Source: an uncultured bacterium
GTDB lineage: Bacteria; Oederibacteriota; PGYV01; CAWJRG01
Assembly (NCBI GenBank): GCA_963845185.1
Contig: CAWJRG010000005.1
Location: forward strand, 384,001-448,000
DNA length: 64,000 bases
Direction of reading: 5' to 3'
A program made the position numbers and the translations under genes. The notes under the pieces are model-generated. The model was not told where the DNA came from. It worked only from the letters and a program-made list of their open reading frames with translations, and made no database searches. This document shows, one piece after another, positions 56,123 through 64,000 of the stretch. Position 1 is the first letter of the stretch; each line of letters begins with the position of its first letter.

Positions 56123-56217
56123 GATATCGTTTGTTTTGTCAAGCTTACCAGCGCAGGCAAAACATTACGAGATCATGTACCCGCTCCAGTCCCGAGCTTG
56201 CGAGGGACAAGCGGTAC
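56123..56217. repeat. Two-hairpin dispersed element, copy B (between purS and purQ)
   Basis: Homologous to copies A and C. Confidence 0.8.
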
Positions 56218-56305
56218 TATGCTATCATTTATTTTTCAAGTCTTCACGGTTCTATCCCTTAATAAGGGATCAATAATATTAGATTTATAATAAGGGCTAA
56301 AAAAT

Positions 56306-56548
56306 TTATTCTATTTTAAAAGTATATTTTTCAATATTCGGGTTCGCGAGCAGTTTGTCGCAAATTTCATTTATTTCCTTGTCCATGCCGTTGCCTGACC
56401 GGTTTTCAAGCTCGATTTCTATGTATTTGCCTATCCTTACATCATTAATGTTTTTATACCCCATTTTATCAAGCGCGAATTTTACCGTCTTTCCCTGCGG
56501 GTCCAGTACCCCGTCTTTTAAAGTAACATATATTTTTGCTTTGGCCAT
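56306..56548 (-). CDS. purS: FGAM synthase subunit PurS
   Basis: LKDGVLDPQG, VRIGK and LLANP.IE motifs. Confidence 0.97.
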   Translation of the reverse strand: MAKAKIYVTLKDGVLDPQGKTVKFALDKMGYKNINDVRIGKYIEIELENRSGNGMDKEINEICDKLLANPNIEKYTFKIE

Positions 56549-56584
56549 TAACGGTTCACCTCAGAAAAATTTGATATAAACATA

Positions 56585-57544
56585 TTATTTTGACCACCAT
56601 ATATCGTTTTTCAATCCCGTGCTGTCGCTCCCTGCTACAACCCACATCTGATTGTTGTATACCACTGCGGTATGGCCATCCCTGGCGCTGAAGCTTGCCC
56701 CGCCCGTCTGCTCCGACCAGTTTATGCCGTCGCTTGAGCTCCATACGTCGTTGTAACGTGTACCGTTGTTCCATCCGGCTATTATCCAGATTTGGTTATT
56801 ATATACTAATGCGGTATGGCCATCCCTGTCGCTGAAACCTGCCCCGCCAGTCTGCTCCACCCAGTTTAAACCGTCACTAGAGTTCCATACGTCGCTGAAA
56901 TAACTGCTTCCGTTAAACCCGCCTATTACCCATATCAGGTTATTATATGCTACGCTTGCATGCTCGATTCTATTGCCGAATGCCGCTGTTGCTGTAACCT
57001 GGCTCCATGTTGCTCCGTTGTTTGAACTCCATACATCGCTTTTTAATCCCGTGTTGTCGCTTCCCGCGATAATCCACATCTGGTTATTGTATGTAACGCT
57101 GCTTTGGCCGTTTCTCGCGCTGAATGCCGCTGACGATACCGCCTGCGTCCAATTCGCCCCGTCGCTTGAACTCCAAACATCGTTTTTCACGCCGGTAATG
57201 TCGTTTCCGGCTATCACCCACATACGGTTGTTATATACAACACTGCTTTGGCCGTTCCTTGCGCTGAACGCGGCTGACGATACCGCCTGCGTCCAATTCG
57301 CCCCGTCGCTTGAACTCCATACGTCGTTTTTCAATCCCGTGCTGTCGCTTCCTGCTATCACCCACATCTGGTTGTTATATACAACACTGGCGTGGCCGTC
57401 TCTTGCGCTGAATGCCGCAGATGACGTTGACTGCGACCATTGCGAACCGGAAGCCGCTGCCGGAGTTGTCGGATTATTTTTCTTGCAGGACCAGAATAAT
57501 ATTGAGATACAAAAAATCAAACCCAAAATTGTTAATTTTTTCAT
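56585..57544 (-). CDS. Kelch-like repeat lipoprotein (paralog of 19623-20612)
   Basis: WSCKK lipobox and six ~48-aa FSAR.GH...VYNN.MW.IAG...NDVWSSSDG repeats. Confidence 0.9.
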   Translation of the reverse strand: MKKLTILGLIFCISILFWSCKKNNPTTPAAASGSQWSQSTSSAAFSARDGHASVVYNNQMWVIAGSDSTGLKNDVWSSSDGANWTQAVSSAAFSARNGQSSVVYNNRMWVIAGNDITGVKNDVWSSSDGANWTQAVSSAAFSARNGQSSVTYNNQMWIIAGSDNTGLKSDVWSSNNGATWSQVTATAAFGNRIEHASVAYNNLIWVIGGFNGSSYFSDVWNSSDGLNWVEQTGGAGFSDRDGHTALVYNNQIWIIAGWNNGTRYNDVWSSSDGINWSEQTGGASFSARDGHTAVVYNNQMWVVAGSDSTGLKNDIWWSK

Positions 57545-57785
57545 TTATTGTCTCCTGTTACATCATTTATTCTGACAAAACGTCAGGCCCAAGATAAGCA
57601 ACGCCTTGATACCGCAGATTTTAACGGATATCTTCTGATTTATTTCCGCATTAATTTTTAGGTGATTATTATACTTTACCCGCAATATTTCGTCAAGTTC
57701 ACTTTTGATTGACCATTTTCTTTTTTTATGCTATTATTCAATAAATTTTGTTTAATCATACTGCTGAATTTTTACCCGGAGGCAT

Positions 57786-58292
57786 ATGGAATTTTTAAAT
57801 TTAATTGACATAGTTTTATTTTTTATCATAATCGCGTATTTTCTGCTGGGCTGGCGCCTGCGCGGCATATACCTTCTTGTAATTCCAATAGCTTTTTTCG
57901 TTGGAATATTTATTGCCAATTTAAGCTACCTTGCCATGGCAAAAATTCTTGTTGGCCTGTTAAAAACCCAGCCAAACAGGAATTTAATGGCTTATACTTT
58001 AATGTTTGTATTAAGCAGCGGTATAGTGATTTTCGCGGGAATGACGCTGGCACGGTTTTTTGACGTTTTCAAGATTGATATTCTTGACAGGATTTTAGGC
58101 GCTGTGCTTTTTACTCTTATAATGGTAATCCCGACTTATTTTTTATTCGAATTTCTCCAGAAACTTCCGCTGAGCCAGCATTTAAAATCAAATATTGATA
58201 CATCCCTGATATTGACGGTAATCAAAAACTACGTCAACGTAATCCTCAAAATGACTCTCTTTAAAAATATAACAAAAATGGCAATAGGGTAA
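57786..58292 (+). CDS. cvpA: CvpA (colicin V production) family membrane protein
   Basis: ID.......G...G, LDRILGA and S motifs; four TMs; GGAGG RBS. Confidence 0.75.
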   Translation: MEFLNLIDIVLFFIIIAYFLLGWRLRGIYLLVIPIAFFVGIFIANLSYLAMAKILVGLLKTQPNRNLMAYTLMFVLSSGIVIFAGMTLARFFDVFKIDILDRILGAVLFTLIMVIPTYFLFEFLQKLPLSQHLKSNIDTSLILTVIKNYVNVILKMTLFKNITKMAIG

Positions 58293-58298
58293 AAACTG

Positions 58299-59039
58299 TT
58301 ACTTTTTACTGTCTTCCCCGAATAAATCTTCAATCTTGGGTTTTTTCTCCTGCATCCTTCTGATATTTCGCATTTTGTAGTACATAATGACGCTTAAACT
58401 TATAACAAAAAATATGGCAGCAAATGCCAGTATATAAGCTCCGTTTATTTTAAACACATAATACCCTAAAATTGCGGCGGCCAGCAGAAGCATAACTATA
58501 CCGATTACGACATTTAAAATCATATAATTTTTCAATCCCTTGATAAGGTTTGTTTTTAAATCATCTTCTCCCGCTGCAATTTTTATTAGGGGCTGTTTTT
58601 TGAAATTTATTATATTTTCAATGATTTTTGCGTATTTGTTTGCCGTGTCGTAGTTTAATCTCTCCGCGTTCGATTCATACCAGTTTTTTAAATCGTTGAG
58701 CTTGTTGAGTTTTGAGTATATTCCTATAAGGAGGTTATGGGCGTTGTCGTTTTCGAAATTCAGAGTAAGCGCCTTGAAATACATGTCTCGGGCGGATTTA
58801 AAATCATTTTTCTTTTCAAAGGCAATGCCGATTTTAATATAGGTTTCCTCGTTCACATCCCCGTGTTCGAGCGCGTTTTTATAAAACAAAACTGCCTTGT
58901 CAATATCTCCCATTTCAAACGCGGCGTTGCCTTTCTCGATAAATTCCCGGAATATCTCGCCCTTGTCAATTTTATTTCCGCATAACGGGCATTTTTCAAG
59001 GTCTTTGTCTATAACGGCGCCGCAGGACTTGCAGATCAT
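58299..59039 (-). CDS. Zinc-ribbon + TPR + 2TM protein
   Basis: C..CG...C..CG, TPRs and two C-terminal TMs. Confidence 0.8.
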   Translation of the reverse strand: MICKSCGAVIDKDLEKCPLCGNKIDKGEIFREFIEKGNAAFEMGDIDKAVLFYKNALEHGDVNEETYIKIGIAFEKKNDFKSARDMYFKALTLNFENDNAHNLLIGIYSKLNKLNDLKNWYESNAERLNYDTANKYAKIIENIINFKKQPLIKIAAGEDDLKTNLIKGLKNYMILNVVIGIVMLLLAAAILGYYVFKINGAYILAFAAIFFVISLSVIMYYKMRNIRRMQEKKPKIEDLFGEDSKK

Positions 59040-59067
59040 CTATGCCTCCGGTTGTAAAGTTAATTTA

Positions 59068-60921
59068 TTATCTGTAAGGTGTCGGGAAAACGGTAAACCT
59101 GAAACTTAAGTAGCCGAGTATTGAGTACCCGCCGTCAAAATGAAAATATGCCAGGTCAAAACTGCTTAACCTGTCAATATGGACATTAACCAGCCACGGC
59201 GAAAGCGGCGCGTTTAACATCCCTGTAAACTCAACTCTAAGCCCCATCCGTGCAAAAATAGGCCTGCTTATACCGAAAAAATACGCTTTGTTTGATTCAT
59301 CGCTAGTGCTTAAGTATTGCGAAAGGTACGGCAAAAACTCATCCTGTGTGCCCATTATATATCCTGCATGGAAGGTTGTCTCCCAGAAAAGTTTTTTACT
59401 CACGGCGAGATAAATGCTTGAAAGGCTTGTAAAAGCGGCTTTTTGGCCATGCCCGGACAGCGAAATGGACTGTTCGACTTGGGTTGTATTTGAACTGACA
59501 GGGGCTCCTATCTGATCCTGCAGCAGCATGGTATACATATAACCTGCGGCAATTGATGGGATTGCTTCCCATTCGTTAAAAAGGCACCATTTCGCGTCGA
59601 CAGTGAGCAGCCATACGCCTAATTTTCCTATAGAATCTGTTCCCTTGTTGGCTACTATAATATTGTTTTGTTCTATGTTGCCGTGTTGTCCGAATATCTG
59701 GCCTATATAATATGAAAACATGCAGTCTACATTTAGCCCGTAATTGCTGTTGATATCGTTTCTTAAAGCCGTAGGTGCAAGTATGAGTCCGGTTCTGGGA
59801 GGCGGAAAAGCTACTGCACTGGCATAGTCCGAATCTTTTGATTCCCTTTTTGAAATATCAATTGCCCTTACAGTATAATAATATTTTACTCCTGGTTTCA
59901 GGCCGATGTCCGTGTACTGTGTTTTGGCGCCTGGTACAAAAGCTACAAACTTCATGGCTGTTGTTGTATTTCCCCTGTAAATATTGTAGCCGCTTGTTTC
60001 ATCGGTCCCTTTCATTGCGGTACTCCATTTTAATTGCGTGCTTTCTATATCCTGAAAAGCCTTGAAATCCTGCGGTTCGCCCGGATATACCAAATCAAGT
60101 GATTTTACCGAAAAAGCTTTTGACATATGGGTTTTGCCGGCCGAATCTATAATTTGTATTTTATAATAATATATAGTGGAAGTATTTATTTCGGCATCTA
60201 CGTATTTTTCTTCGGAAATTAATTCCTTGTTTATTTTTAAATAATCCTGTTTTGCAATTTTCCTGTAAACATTATAATAAAACTGTTCCTCGGGCTTTGC
60301 ACCGCTGGTTAATGATAAAGCGCCTGTCGTTGTCAATGCCATTGCAGCCGCACTCCCGGAAATTGCGTTTGGCGCAGCCGCCGTGGTTACAGACAACGCT
60401 GCTGTTGTTGTTTGTGCCGCTGCAGCAGCGCTGCCGGATACCGCATTTGGCGCTGCCACCGTGGTCACGGACAATGCTGCTGTCGCTGTCAATGCCGTTG
60501 CGCTGCCGGTAGCCATGCTTGGCATAGTTTGTGTCATCTTATTCCACCACCAGAGAGTTATCTTATTTAATTCATTTGCCGCAAAAGTAATATTAATATA
60601 CTCTCCGATGTCGGCCTTTGCGCTGGCAGTTAATGATAAAGCGCCTGTCGTTGTCAATGCCATTGCAGCCGCACTTCCGGAAATCGCATTTGGCGCAGCC
60701 GCCGTGGTCACGGACAATGCTGCTGTCGCTGTCAATGCCGTTGCGCTGCCGGTAATTGTATTTGGCTTAACTGCAGCTGTATTAGTATTTGCAATAGGGG
60801 CTGTGGCTGTAATCACTGCAGAAGCCGTGATTCCGGAAGCCGCGGTTTGCTGTGTATTCGCGAAAACTCCTGCATAAAGTATCAGCCCTGTTAAAACTGT
60901 CATTACTGTTGCTTTATTCAC
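59068..60921 (-). CDS. Secreted fibronectin type III protein with Ala/Thr-rich repeats and a beta-rich C-terminus
   Basis: YNVYR...Y.D...YYYK and GYNIYR...YTD.GL.PG..YYY.V.A motifs; duplicated TAALSVTT.AAPNA.SGSAAA blocks. Confidence 0.8.
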   Translation of the reverse strand: MNKATVMTVLTGLILYAGVFANTQQTAASGITASAVITATAPIANTNTAAVKPNTITGSATALTATAALSVTTAAAPNAISGSAAAMALTTTGALSLTASAKADIGEYINITFAANELNKITLWWWNKMTQTMPSMATGSATALTATAALSVTTVAAPNAVSGSAAAAAQTTTAALSVTTAAAPNAISGSAAAMALTTTGALSLTSGAKPEEQFYYNVYRKIAKQDYLKINKELISEEKYVDAEINTSTIYYYKIQIIDSAGKTHMSKAFSVKSLDLVYPGEPQDFKAFQDIESTQLKWSTAMKGTDETSGYNIYRGNTTTAMKFVAFVPGAKTQYTDIGLKPGVKYYYTVRAIDISKRESKDSDYASAVAFPPPRTGLILAPTALRNDINSNYGLNVDCMFSYYIGQIFGQHGNIEQNNIIVANKGTDSIGKLGVWLLTVDAKWCLFNEWEAIPSIAAGYMYTMLLQDQIGAPVSSNTTQVEQSISLSGHGQKAAFTSLSSIYLAVSKKLFWETTFHAGYIMGTQDEFLPYLSQYLSTSDESNKAYFFGISRPIFARMGLRVEFTGMLNAPLSPWLVNVHIDRLSSFDLAYFHFDGGYSILGYLSFRFTVFPTPYR

Positions 60922-61053
60922 CGGTTACTCCTAATGATAGCGTTTATTTTGTCAAGCCAAAGCGCAGTTAAATAGTCCTGTGGACTGTTTAACGGGTAGC
61001 CTCCATAAGTTTCAATATGAAAACTACCCTGAAGTTGTATTAGTCTTTTACTT

Positions 61054-61617
61054 TTACCAGGATAAAAAATTTCCAAAAAGTTTTTTGCCGTCCTCGGTCA
61101 AAATAGACTCCGGATGGAACTGTACGCCCTCGAGTTTGTATTTTTTATGCCTCACGCCCATTATTTCGCCCCTGTGCGTCCACGATGAGATTGTAAGCTC
61201 CACAGGCAGTGTTTTTTTGTCTGCCACAAGGGAGTGGTATCGTGTTGCAATAAAAGGGTTTTTTACGCCTTTATAAATGCCATTTTTGTCGTGATAAATC
61301 TGCGAGGTTTTACCGTGCATTATCCTGCTGTTTACCTTTATTTTCCCGCCCAGTGCTTCAACTATGCACTGGTGGCCGAGGCAAACTCCCAGTATCGGAA
61401 CTTTCCCCATGAAATCAAGTATGGCTTTTTTTGATATTCCTGCGTTTTCCGGCCACGATGGCCCGGGGGAAATAACAATATGTGTTGGTTTAAGCGCCTT
61501 TATTTCAGGGATACTTATTTCATCGTTCCTGAATACTTTTATATTTTTTGTCATTTCACCAAGATACTGCACTATATTATATGTGAAAGAATCATAGTTG
61601 TCTATCACCAAGACCAT
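61054..61617 (-). CDS. trpG: Anthranilate synthase component II (glutamine amidotransferase)
   Basis: IDNYDSFT.N, SPGP, GVCLGHQ, RYHSL and QFHPES; follows trpE. Confidence 0.93.
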   Translation of the reverse strand: MVLVIDNYDSFTYNIVQYLGEMTKNIKVFRNDEISIPEIKALKPTHIVISPGPSWPENAGISKKAILDFMGKVPILGVCLGHQCIVEALGGKIKVNSRIMHGKTSQIYHDKNGIYKGVKNPFIATRYHSLVADKKTLPVELTISSWTHRGEIMGVRHKKYKLEGVQFHPESILTEDGKKLFGNFLSW

Positions 61618-61693
61618 TTATGACATCTCCTTAAATTCCGCTTAATTTGCCAAGTCATCAACAAATTAGACGTTATATGTGGTATAAAAAGCT

Positions 61694-63184
61694 TTAAACA
61701 TTAAACATATCCCCTGCTTTTTTCACTGCCTCGAATACGGCTTTTGCCTTGTTTAATGTTTCTTTATACTCAAAATCAGGCTTTGAATCTGCTACCACGC
61801 CGCCGCCAGCCTGCATTGTTATCCTGCCTTTTGAATAATATATTGTCCTTATGGAAATACATGTTTCCATCGCTCCCGAAAAACTTATTATACCGACTGC
61901 GCCGGCATATGGTCCGCGTTTATAACGTTCCATCTCATCTATTATCCGCATTGCCCAGACCTTCGGCGCTCCAGAAACTGTGCCCGCAGGGAAAGTGGAC
62001 TTGAACACATCAAAACAATCGCTGCCGGGTTTGAGCTTCCCGGTCACGCTCGATACAATATGCATCACGTGTGAATAGCGCTCTATGAACATCATTCCAT
62101 TGACTACAACGCTGCCTGTTTCGCACACCTTTCCCAGGTCATTCCTTCCGAGATCCACAAGCATAACGTGCTCGGCGCGTTCTTTTTCGTCTGATAAAAG
62201 TTCTTTCTCAAGTTTCTTGTCTTCTTCCTCTGTCTTCCCCCTCCTGCGGGTACCTGCTATTGGCCTGACCTCCGCGACTTTGTTGTCCACCCTCACCATA
62301 AGCTCAGGCGAGGCGCCTATGATTACCTTATCTTTCATGTGCAAATAGTGCATATAGGGCGACGGGTTGACTGTGCGCAGGCTCCTGTAAATAAACAGCG
62401 GGTCTCCTGAAAAAGACGCCCCGAACCGCTGTGAAGGCACCACCTGTATGCCTTCCCCGTTTTTTATCAGGCCTACTGTCTTTTTTACTATCGTCTTGTA
62501 TTCAGCCGGTTTTGTAAAATACCTTATTGCGCCGGCCTTTATGCGGACCGGTTTTTCTTCTTTCCCGGGTTTTCTTAAATCCCTGATTATGGTTTTAATT
62601 TTATTGCAGGCCTTAAGATACTTTTCCCTTATATTACTTGTTTTTTCGTCTTTCTCCGTCATTATATTTACCACAACCTGTATTTTGTGGTACACGTGGT
62701 CAAACACCATGAGCACGTCGTTGAACATCAGGTAAATATCCGGCCAGTCGAGCGTATCTATTTTGTTTTCATCCGGCACTTTTTCATAGAGTTTTATTAC
62801 ATCATAACCGATATATCCGACAGCACCGCCGGTAAAATGCGGTATGCCGGATATAGGAGCACATTTAAACCCCGCAAATATCTTTTTAAGTATTGCTATG
62901 GGGTCTTTTGTCTCTATCGCTGTTTTTTTGCCTCCGCGCTCCTCCCTTATAACCCTGCCGTCCCTGTATAAAAAAATCTCGTACGGCTCCCTGCTCAAAA
63001 AAGAATACCTCGCGGTTTTTTCCCCCCCTTCTATTGACTCGAGCAAAAAAGAATTATCCGGATTGTCGATTTTCATGTACGCGGACAGCGGCGTCTCCAT
63101 ATCAGCCAGCGTTTCCCCGTAAACCGGTATGACATTATATATCTTTGCAAACTTTAACACCTGTTTTAAACTAACATTAATCAT
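61694..63184 (-). CDS. trpE: Anthranilate synthase component I
   Basis: [30 protein letters not shown] and [11 protein letters not shown] motifs. Confidence 0.95.
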   Translation of the reverse strand: MINVSLKQVLKFAKIYNVIPVYGETLADMETPLSAYMKIDNPDNSFLLESIEGGEKTARYSFLSREPYEIFLYRDGRVIREERGGKKTAIETKDPIAILKKIFAGFKCAPISGIPHFTGGAVGYIGYDVIKLYEKVPDENKIDTLDWPDIYLMFNDVLMVFDHVYHKIQVVVNIMTEKDEKTSNIREKYLKACNKIKTIIRDLRKPGKEEKPVRIKAGAIRYFTKPAEYKTIVKKTVGLIKNGEGIQVVPSQRFGASFSGDPLFIYRSLRTVNPSPYMHYLHMKDKVIIGASPELMVRVDNKVAEVRPIAGTRRRGKTEEEDKKLEKELLSDEKERAEHVMLVDLGRNDLGKVCETGSVVVNGMMFIERYSHVMHIVSSVTGKLKPGSDCFDVFKSTFPAGTVSGAPKVWAMRIIDEMERYKRGPYAGAVGIISFSGAMETCISIRTIYYSKGRITMQAGGGVVADSKPDFEYKETLNKAKAVFEAVKKAGDMFNV

Positions 63185-63253
63185 TTTTTATCCTTTGTTA
63201 TTTTAAATGTAACGAAGCAGCAATTTTGCTTAATAGGGCTATGTAATCCCGTT

Positions 63254-63649
63254 TTATTTTTTCTTATACACTTTTGCCGGGTCAAATACTTTTTTTCCGA
63301 TTTTTTTTAATGTTTCGTCCGGCTTTATTTCAGTAAAAAAGCAACTTTTGTAGCCTGTATGGCAAGCGGCACCGCCTACTTGGTCGACTTTTATCAGTAC
63401 CGCGTCCTTGTCGCAATCAATAAAAATTTTTTTTACTTTCTGGACGTTGCCTGATTCCTCGCCCTTTAACCATAACTTGCTCCGCGACCGCGACCAGTAG
63501 TGCACTTTTCGTGTGGCTAGTGTCTTTTCGAGCGCTTCTTTGTTCATCCACGCTATCATTAATATGTCGCCCGTACCTGAATCCTGGGCTATTGCCGCAA
63601 TAAGCCCTTTTTCATCGAATTTCAACTTATTTATATCGAACTTTTCCAT
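63254..63649 (-). CDS. hisI: Phosphoribosyl-AMP cyclohydrolase
   Basis: YWSRSR..LW.KGEESG, DCD.D and ACHTG..SCF motifs. Confidence 0.96.
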   Translation of the reverse strand: MEKFDINKLKFDEKGLIAAIAQDSGTGDILMIAWMNKEALEKTLATRKVHYWSRSRSKLWLKGEESGNVQKVKKIFIDCDKDAVLIKVDQVGGAACHTGYKSCFFTEIKPDETLKKIGKKVFDPAKVYKKK

Positions 63650-63681
63650 GTTTTCTCCCGCTTCATCTGAATAAAATAAAT

Positions 63682-64000
63682 TTAATATATTTCCTTTATA
63701 CCATTAGTATAATCCAAACTGTTATTCTTAAAAAATAGACTTACAGGATTGACAAACTCCGTGTAAGGATGATTGTCTGTAATTACCGGATATTTTTCAA
63801 TTTTAGGACCTATTGTTTCGGGATTTCCAAGATAAAGGGCAAGCAGTTGATCTGCCGTAACACAACTCTTGTCATATTCCGAAAGGTCTTCAACTATTTT
63901 TTTATCTGCAAAAGCCTTCCTGATTTTTTTTGCATCGATTTCCATTTTTTTCAGTTTACCTAGCATATAAAAACCCCAGTTATTAGGCCCTTTCCATACT
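63682..64000 (-). CDS. C-terminal part of a gene entering from the right edge (possibly spermidine-synthase-like)
   Basis: [12 protein letters not shown] resembles the C-terminus of fused membrane/spermidine synthase proteins; truncated by the window. Confidence 0.5.
   Translation of the reverse strand, partial: VWKGPNNWGFYMLGKLKKMEIDAKKIRKAFADKKIVEDLSEYDKSCVTADQLLALYLGNPETIGPKIEKYPVITDNHPYTEFVNPVSLFFKNNSLDYTNGIKEIY

Noticed and set aside
56549..57785. Purine or ZTP riboswitch for the pur operon
   Set aside because: No matching aptamer consensus upstream of purS or of the Kelch gene.
63185..63253. trp attenuator
   Set aside because: Short AT-rich gap with no Trp-codon leader peptide and no terminator.
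1..64000. tRNA, rRNA, tmRNA or prophage genes
   Set aside because: No T-loop/cloverleaf, rRNA or phage structural signatures were seen by eye; a tRNAscan/Infernal run would be definitive.

Overview
Bacterial chromosomal window of moderate GC, with most genes on the minus strand. The Thr-rich secreted protein with a C-terminal YPNP domain and the CxKK lipoproteins suggest a diderm, possibly a candidate lineage such as Goldiibacteriota; this is inference only. Housekeeping blocks are rimP-nusA-infB-DUF503-rbfA-nrnA-ribF, ileS-(PAS)-lspA-lgt-rluD, purS-purQ-purL-purF and hisI-trpE-trpG. They are interspersed with secreted TPR, NHL and Kelch proteins, a PL4 rhamnogalacturonan lyase and a hicBA pair next to a macrodomain gene. 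A ~13 kb defence-type island (26.5-39.6 kb) holds a type I R-M system with cargo: YhcG, a small GIY-YIG protein, a DUF4062-like protein, a REP-associated tyrosine transposase, a YgjP-like M48 peptidase and an AAA/DUF4143 ATPase. The most unusual signals are non-coding. (1) An array of six hairpins with fixed flanks (CCTGA...TTGCCT) and variable but still-pairing stems lies just downstream of the R-M operon. (2) A ~55-nt RNA with its own promoter and terminator lies antisense within the R-M operon. (3) GTAG-type REP palindromes sit in frame inside both the RAYT gene and hsdR. (4) A covarying ~100-nt two-hairpin element occurs at three intergenic sites. (5) There is a family of short IS200/IS605-end-like elements. 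Three single-base frameshifts, including one in purL, look like consensus indel errors. I found no tRNA, rRNA, CRISPR array or integrase.
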